Assembly: GCA_963784355.1 (NCBI GenBank)
Contig: CAWAQU010000012.1
Location: 135,760 to 199,759 of the forward strand
Length of the DNA: 64,000 nt
Direction: 5' to 3'
Source: an uncultured bacterium
GTDB taxonomy: Bacteria; Patescibacteriota; JACMRA01
The notes under the pieces: generated by a model
Databases searched by the model: none
Seen by the model: only the letters and a program-made list of their open reading frames with translations
Told to the model about the DNA's origin: nothing
Position numbers and translations under genes: made by a program
Part shown: positions 60,401 to 64,000 of the stretch, piece after piece
How the letters are laid out: each line of letters starts with the position of its first letter
Numbering within the stretch: position 1 is the first letter of the stretch

Positions 60401-63400
60401 CATCTCCGTCAACATAATTTTTCAAAGTATTTTGTCCTAAGATATAGACTTTGGCCGTATCAAAATTTTTATCAGTTACTTCAAAGCTAATTCTTGCTTC
60501 TTTGGCTACGTTGGCAGCAATTTGGGTGCTATTTTGTCTGCCGGCTGGTATAAATACTTGAGAATCATTGCCACTTTGGTCTTTGATACTAAAATTATCA
60601 ACTTTCGGTGCAATACTATCCATGGTAGTACCATCATAATTTTGCCAGTTGGAGATATTAGCCTGCCCACCGTTCATCCTATCCTTAGTTCTGACCCTGA
60701 CGTAGTACTTTTGTCCGTCCTGAAGCCAAAATTGATTTTGATTGTAGGTAGTATAACGCATGTCACTAAATCTCTGAGCGTCACCACCGTTACAAGGCCA
60801 AACTTGTACTTGAGCACCAAACTGAAAATTGCCACCCGGGATATCAAGGCACATCTCTGCATTATTAGGCCCTCTGGATTTTAACTTAATGGCCCCATTT
60901 ACAAATTCCCACTTTTGATTGTCTCCACCATGACACGGGTGAATATATACCTTATCTCCCGTATTAGAATATCTAGCATCTAAACAATACTGATCACTAA
61001 TAGCAGGGCGTAGTTCCATATTTTTAGTGTAAATCCAGCGTTGTTGAGGTGCTCCATGTGCTCCAAAGATGGTTGTATTGCAATTTACATCCATGCAAGG
61101 CTGCTCCAAATTCATTCCGGGCTGATTATTTTCAGTGGTTTTAGTTACTTTAATTTCACCATACCAAATTTTGCTAAAATCAGGATTGTTGGGATATTGC
61201 AATACAGGACTGGTTTGCCAGCCAAGATCAAGGCTATTTTGACCAGTAAAATTGGCATCTTTGGAAACTTGAAAATTATACATTAAATTCAAACCATTTC
61301 CGTATAGGCTATAAGGATTTTGAATACTAAATTGTTGATTCCAGTTGTTGTTGCAGTTTCCAAGTCTTATATCTGTACCATTAGCATCGTTAGCAGTCCA
61401 AGCGTCAGCACATAAAGTTGTATTTTTCAGATTTAGCCTACCTTGAGCGTCAAATATCCATTTTTGAGTAGATTTATTTTGGTCACAATAATTCATTACC
61501 ACATTGCTGCTATCTCGACCTTCAGTACCGTCCAAACAAGAGTTGCCTAGAGTAAACAAACTGATTTGCTGAGTTTTGCTATTATATAGCCATTGCTGGT
61601 TATCGCCTTGGTGGGAATCCCACAAAACAACATCGTTACCGGGAGCTTTGCCTTGAGCATCAAAAGACTTGGTTTTACCCTTTAAAGTTATTCTAAAAGG
61701 CTCATTCATTTTTCGGATTTCCCACTTTTGACTCAAAGACCCGTTACATCTACCAAGCCAAATCAAACGGCCGTTACTAGTATCTCCAAAAGGTACATTC
61801 AAGCACCAGTTTGAATCGTTATTCAACTTTAATTCCTTTGTGTTGTAGTCGTAGGCCCACTTTTGATTATCACCTTCATGACATTCCCATAAATGAATTT
61901 GTACATCATTTGCAAATCCTCCAGAAGAATCTACACACCTGCCTCCTGTGGTTCTAATTCGAAATCTACCGTCAGCCAAATTGCTCTCTAGCCAGAGTTG
62001 CTGATTTATACCGTTGTTAGTGTCCCACAATTCCATTTTAGTGCCATTAGTATAGTATCCGGTGTTGGCATTTATATCCAAGCTTTTATTTATCGGATTT
62101 AGAGAATCCATTTTCCATGTTTGACTCGAATCTTTAGAATCACAGACTTTTACAATAGCCTTGCCTCCAGTATAAATATCACCATTAGCAATAGCCAAAC
62201 AAAGTTCATTACCGCTCACTTCGTCTTTATAAAAAGATTTCAGTTGGTTTTGCCCTGTGACTGTCCATTTTTGATTATCTCCTCCAGCACATGGATAAAG
62301 ATTTACTTCTGAACCATCTGTTCGCTTAAAAATGCCACCTCCAATGTCTTTAGTAAAGATATCCAAACAAAAATTTCTATCTAGTTCGGAGCGTATAAGG
62401 AAATTATCAATATACCACTTTGACTGATTTATATTTTGCACTGATTGTAGGGTAGGGTTGACCGAAGTTGCTGCGGAATTTACAGTCAAACTTAAATTAT
62501 TATCGCTACCAGGTTTTAAATAGACTGTATTAAAAAGTCTTCCGGCACCAAAGTAATCAATGGCATATTTATTTAACAAATTATCACCTGTATCGGGAGC
62601 AACAAGTTCCAATTGGTTTTTACCGGAAAACTCTTTGCTTGGCATGGCCCCGGTTCTGAGTGGAGCTGACGAGTCAACTGTAAATCTGCGTGTATCGGAT
62701 TCTGTTGAAACTCTGTTTCCGGCATTGTCTCTACTGTAGGCTTTGAAATCTACAATACCGTTGGAGTTGGAAATATTGTTATAATCAGGACCACAGCCTC
62801 CAAATTGACCTTTTTCATACCATCTGGTATTTAGAGGGTCAGTCAAATTATCTTTTTGCCAAAGCAACATGGTAGTATTACTACAATTTCCATTACCATC
62901 ATCTACATTTTCCACCCTATAATTTACGTTTAGATTTCTATTACAATTTCCGGTTTGTGGGCTTTCTGATAAATTACAATTACCCATTACGTCCCAATTA
63001 TCAGGATTTATAGGGTTCGGTTTTTTTGGATCACCGTTAGTAAAAATTACTTGTAAATATGGTCCTTCACCTCCGCTCTGACAGGGATGTCCTGCCGCTG
63101 CACCACCATTTCTGGAGCAAAAAATTGCCCCTCTATTTTGATATTCATCAGGATCTCTAAATTCTAAATGAATCCCGCCACTGTTTTTAGAGTTTTCAAC
63201 TAAGTTAGCGATATTACTACTGGTGGTCCACTCTTGACCGGGATTAGTGTATCCAAAATTACGAATCGGAAAATAAATTGAGCCTTGATTGGGATCGCCG
63301 GCGTTAGCTTCAGGATAATTTGCATTCCAGGCTGTATCATTTTCGGGAAAACCCCCATTTAGTCTAAGCACTTTAGCACTAAAATCACCTCCGTTGTGAG

Positions 63401-64000
63401 CATATTGTTTGACTCTAATATAGGCCTGCTCTACTCTAGAATAACCAGCAAAATTGGCAGGGTAACCAAAACTCATTAAAGCTCTGGCATCTCCAATTAT
63501 GTAATCGCTAGGACAATTTCCTGAAGAAACGGTTACACAAACATTTCCACCTACGCCAAGCCACCAAGCACCGCCACGTCTGGTCCCGGGATTATTTAAA
63601 TGGATTACTGTATCAGCACCAGTCAATTGATAGCCGTTATCAAACCGAGGATCAATAAAAATCGGAAATTCTCTATCAGAACTGTTTAAATAATTCAAAT
63701 CAGGATAAATACTCAAAGTTTTTCCGTCATCTGAAATTGTAAAAGTATCGTTATTAAAACCGGAATATTTTTTATCAAAAGTAATCGGGGTTTCTAACTT
63801 AATTGTAGATTTACCTCCTTCTAAGCGTAAAATGTCCCCGGAATTACCTTTATTTTGTACTGCAGCCACCGCTTCTACCAGCTTTTCCTGACTCACTAGT
63901 TGGCCTTGATTCAATTTGCTTTGGATATTTTGCAGTTCTCCTATCTGCTTACTCAAAAAATCTTTTTTAGCCTGTAACTCCGCCTTTTTAACTTTATCCT
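51483..64000 (-). CDS. giant (>4150 aa, 5'-truncated) multidomain polymorphic toxin/adhesin: DNRLRE-like, ricin-B lectin repeats, propeller repeats, Ig/FlgD-like domains, M23 peptidase, ParB-like toxin tip
   Basis: Frame is open to the window end. FPIFIDPR motif; many QxW repeats; WNGKNEQG...YDKAGN; HNGID/YAHL/HLHF; C-terminal IRFSQ...GDPIDIVKMSDG...IDNTRLIAA...TWGEAI. Confidence 0.9.
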   Translation of the reverse strand, partial: DKVKKAELQAKKDFLSKQIGELQNIQSKLNQGQLVSQEKLVEAVAAVQNKGNSGDILRLEGGKSTIKLETPITFDKKYSGFNNDTFTISDDGKTLSIYPDLNYLNSSDREFPIFIDPRFDNGYQLTGADTVIHLNNPGTRRGGAWWLGVGGNVCVTVSSGNCPSDYIIGDARALMSFGYPANFAGYSRVEQAYIRVKQYAHNGGDFSAKVLRLNGGFPENDTAWNANYPEANAGDPNQGSIYFPIRNFGYTNPGQEWTTSSNIANLVENSKNSGGIHLEFRDPDEYQNRGAIFCSRNGGAAAGHPCQSGGEGPYLQVIFTNGDPKKPNPINPDNWDVMGNCNLSESPQTGNCNRNLNVNYRVENVDDGNGNCSNTTMLLWQKDNLTDPLNTRWYEKGQFGGCGPDYNNISNSNGIVDFKAYSRDNAGNRVSTESDTRRFTVDSSAPLRTGAMPSKEFSGKNQLELVAPDTGDNLLNKYAIDYFGAGRLFNTVYLKPGSDNNLSLTVNSAATSVNPTLQSVQNINQSKWYIDNFLIRSELDRNFCLDIFTKDIGGGIFKRTDGSEVNLYPCAGGDNQKWTVTGQNQLKSFYKDEVSGNELCLAIANGDIYTGGKAIVKVCDSKDSSQTWKMDSLNPINKSLDINANTGYYTNGTKMELWDTNNGINQQLWLESNLADGRFRIRTTGGRCVDSSGGFANDVQIHLWECHEGDNQKWAYDYNTKELKLNNDSNWCLNVPFGDTSNGRLIWLGRCNGSLSQKWEIRKMNEPFRITLKGKTKSFDAQGKAPGNDVVLWDSHQGDNQQWLYNSKTQQISLFTLGNSCLDGTEGRDSSNVVMNYCDQNKSTQKWIFDAQGRLNLKNTTLCADAWTANDANGTDIRLGNCNNNWNQQFSIQNPYSLYGNGLNLMYNFQVSKDANFTGQNSLDLGWQTSPVLQYPNNPDFSKIWYGEIKVTKTTENNQPGMNLEQPCMDVNCNTTIFGAHGAPQQRWIYTKNMELRPAISDQYCLDARYSNTGDKVYIHPCHGGDNQKWEFVNGAIKLKSRGPNNAEMCLDIPGGNFQFGAQVQVWPCNGGDAQRFSDMRYTTYNQNQFWLQDGQKYYVRVRTKDRMNGGQANISNWQNYDGTTMDSIAPKVDNFSIKDQSGNDSQVFIPAGRQNSTQIAANVAKEARISFEVTDKNFDTAKVYILGQNTLKNYVDGDEATRILDKDGNYITQIKFKNRLFQAKNQNGTPIIRNSGDGIVWSNWVATTGSITGNVQMAVLNDNLYQAAREKDTNRNVFRSSTDGITWPTTWSSINGGDSTTSEPSLVTFQNKLFYATRGNVTDSIAMTVGTYNNTTGQIEWGGWFERGGNILNKVQTNILNGKLYQVVRGTDSLIYTRYSSDGSTWTGWKHTGGSTWDEVAGVVFKGKWFQTITGAHNEKYVFTREGDGENFGGWHTDFMSSDKVPVFQISDGNLYQSFIERGTNKLKQRSTSDGISWTGWTDVNKDDTNKQPTLSDKTVLSLARCVKLPDTTTTYPCNSQAFTKDNSDKYTLTAIWNGKNEQGQDMEDGFYTIDVRAYDKAGNESYTLAGNNFVAIDTKANDINISYPKVDGWVNKSTINLSGGIITKTGGNNNFDSLKVKKDVVSTTPNSTGYAYKSVPVNLNTNPNFSLNNEILDKGLNTFTFEAKDKLQNTSVSSFNFNYEDTKPSIVAINQQTQYNTKDFSLGFKIQDNKVGADDKQTSGLTIGTYPTGYDVSLLQTLDNWTTSKELPLFRDGQPVTDPSSKKRLAENLSCNFTIPATAPNLNKKSDEVTCKFDIKELSSEASYKLFVRATDIAGNQICSKDLANINTEIKCGADTTAYQNFDQAFTVKTNTYLQWSEPKEDITINNFTIVKGTVEKSSQLKIYNSTLGRFIRIAVDPSKNNILPEELNLSSQTMSAEGVEAGRTLTYVGSPIKFTCNKFVDHDNNPQTPDKEVCDYELKISLVDNSADLTTPKLNQLKIDAVNLGNMATLNRNIRVDVGAVNIVSSPERNTISPNNDGKFDTVNFSNKVYSTLNGAETPVQADYRAEIRDAGGRLMWQYPDPLVVGSTVFGNNIVSVPNNFYWDGKVNVASTTANNHGLSLGARVPDANYSYVFKIKLANEKTYATTSTVIRSITSLPVNSKPIIQTPQNGYTTTKGVVTVQGAATPSDTATTVMPRIWTANICLDEKTTTYPNGDGVCEVKANTQVTTTGFFSGILTTAVDTITRNYVLTVKASDNLGHTTENSDPVTLTAESTQNLSATATSNLAGLNSKDELDAFINQTPLNNKYLKLQDLKYITFKVNVDKNTEAADIDLIGNVNGLNTAQTDANYNPVPIKRISSINNLAEDNGSLNPTLDTIIKKNQKDTLKKVDVAGKTYYLSAKELGYANKCNQDSGCTWTFNYLLGQDSDVLGGSYQARIRSYKGESILDKYVAFEVSGVKPYTPTLLKMEKRSLKEDRNCFVAEMANSDVCYEMRPVYKLTNPVNNTTTLYTNSNIIKLYGATDPQADINLTIKDGATIVYQTTGGEATKANNIGIFSNSLTLPEIPEGTEKTYTVSLSASVGPAVANTIYNYKIKYDRKTPELNWVQTQSNSLNNEFSTNPWIHSGDQVKFTFKTDEETTESSIFNEVGFECNTKKEGGTVMAMSINDPCDPENVNNKAESGLGDFVNPITGQAVACSTYSAYDLKNNINVPYSCHYKYLADTIHSANLTINRPNGEGVYYPSVYLQDLAGNQILFTNNQTKQDDLLGILKSMRPNSTKGYMGTQIHSKNVGTKKLLDTDFLLTTDVQTNTTTQANLTQTQKDIFFGVPLAQAGPTRLGSDTAAIPKSYPYNQQARSKSLDFSLFIDNTNTVKGDFELTGWGDSLDGLCANGLTPETDRNLTDQRYFNSFDNGPSGSTTSATSATPNVRLSRACTEKAFDNLKTRFNESGQQTNQDTDKYTPVYTLKANQITLNTSVEKNQRVVMGYKYTGANSSGNGNGSISPDTEQYRLLDASATNPAVSCTTTGSTDVSSDKYGTFVDNNTSQPLPGSNLIVTKFKDKCLVKFTFVFPDDGKAADVSNNPINNYQLSFYTVDLAGNLSFHSALQDRNNPGTVVNSATTTGITPTDKDSFINQTRSRTLTVYHDTKAPISVGISDFASNSYGSSTVNGTTSTSSTGTVTTTTTINPGTIVDQGIENSFINQGISPTNLTFGQTPITKDVRVVATHASDERSDIQYQYGNLTSGRENSSNVTTGAGLVGSRVFMNGFDLSGINGGSGTTPSTTYNTKMTRVDGVAGSGGTGAVVWDSTRGKYTVNLGNGSTDESRGASCIQEVESTNTGTTGATNPTNIPIKNRRLGKCSDGLYLIRVRSSDSAGNVMGSGSGGVSTSGWAEKMVERDSVSPASPTLTATKTPVTYDLYEKLGLKIQGEAKTRADIQITSTSANLNTSRTITIPDTGMYQTSDILGTNLACGGATYTIAVKLTDRAGNVSTTAQTSITTKACPSCSGSVSSTGWANPIQSAQAVVSSGFQTSSRPGHNGIDVAVSGDPYTQPVLAVKGGTVIKVVNSFTNNYGKTDAASAKGAYGGFANVVKIDHGGGLVSLYAHLSPEVKVIEGQTVAAGQQIGIMGATGDSTAPHLHFALLQNGVYVNPGNYLYQGSGNVTTTDQKNYFCNTNATDADEVVDSGTGGGTGGTGSGDIDLEDLPPEDTRSKVGNTALFESDNRSLNDIVSLLSNQVDSDLNQTIVPILQTLTNSDPCLRKLIPNNVNDIFNWLKGQVECQASKYQDLLTKIQNTVYLLWGIIQGSAQTVADTIKGIAEIPKTFGELSKFAMSKITDMNFWTNLLNYLKAKLQDLSSMQIALLSFAAFNGNLPSTLTGTILNSEIVNNWDAITQITQSYLAKFYDDYKTKSIQERLEIFGKMFGATVVNVGSLFIGVGEIVAATKTISVLAKDLKVFQTAVNFTKVELLFTKVISASNLLVNKFARYIDETIDLFGKSVTIRWLSADAVGVSASDALQFVDNADDTNFFKFSKIIKNGNDYIIINQARRIVKSIIEFKKSIEIRFSQAFVDIADYNIIYNSMVKNGWIGDPIDIVKMSDGVFTSIDNTRLIAAKNAGIDAKVIIHNATDPLPDYMVNRFKNETNGTFAKTWGEAITNRTTRAINKPVLNDSINGTFNNPSIK

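Noticed and set aside
53399-62312. Many short plus-strand ORFs within the giant gene, and similar shadow ORFs elsewhere (e.g. 30035, 34121, 40054, 44303)
   Set aside because: Antisense or alternate-frame shadows of well-supported genes, with no motifs or start signals.
1-64000. Genetic code 25 or 4 (TGA recoded)
   Set aside because: Long ORFs are open under code 11, and TGA terminates intact genes such as the HIT and SRAP genes.

Overview
AT-rich bacterial chromosomal window using the standard genetic code (TGA ends several intact genes). It is probably from a Patescibacteria/CPR organism; this is inferred from a TrbC/VirB2-like pilin, a membrane-anchored ClpA-like ATPase with a small membrane partner, many orphan ORFs, and AT-rich starts lacking Shine-Dalgarno sites. 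Housekeeping and stress genes include nfi, tsaC/sua5, rdgB, truB, adk, sod, SRAP, an MFS pump, a Ca/Na antiporter and six tRNAs. These are interspersed with conflict and defence genes: a LexA-like/PemK pair, a truncated RhuM, an OLD-family nuclease, an ApeA-like HEPN protein and a DIP1984-family protein. The last 12.5 kb encode a 5'-truncated, >4150-aa non-Rhs polymorphic toxin (lectin/Ig stalk + M23 peptidase + ParB-like toxin tip) followed by paralogous immunity-like genes. The best unannotated signals are: (i) a ~175-nt structured RNA with a 19-bp closing helix between the DIP1984 and HEPN genes; (ii) a ~50-nt promoter-to-terminator RNA convergent on the PemK toxin; (iii) a dif/Xer-like site; (iv) a 67-bp promoter-bearing direct repeat around RhuM; (v) several genes broken by single in-frame stops or frameshifts. 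All protein family calls come from motif recognition by eye, not from database searches.
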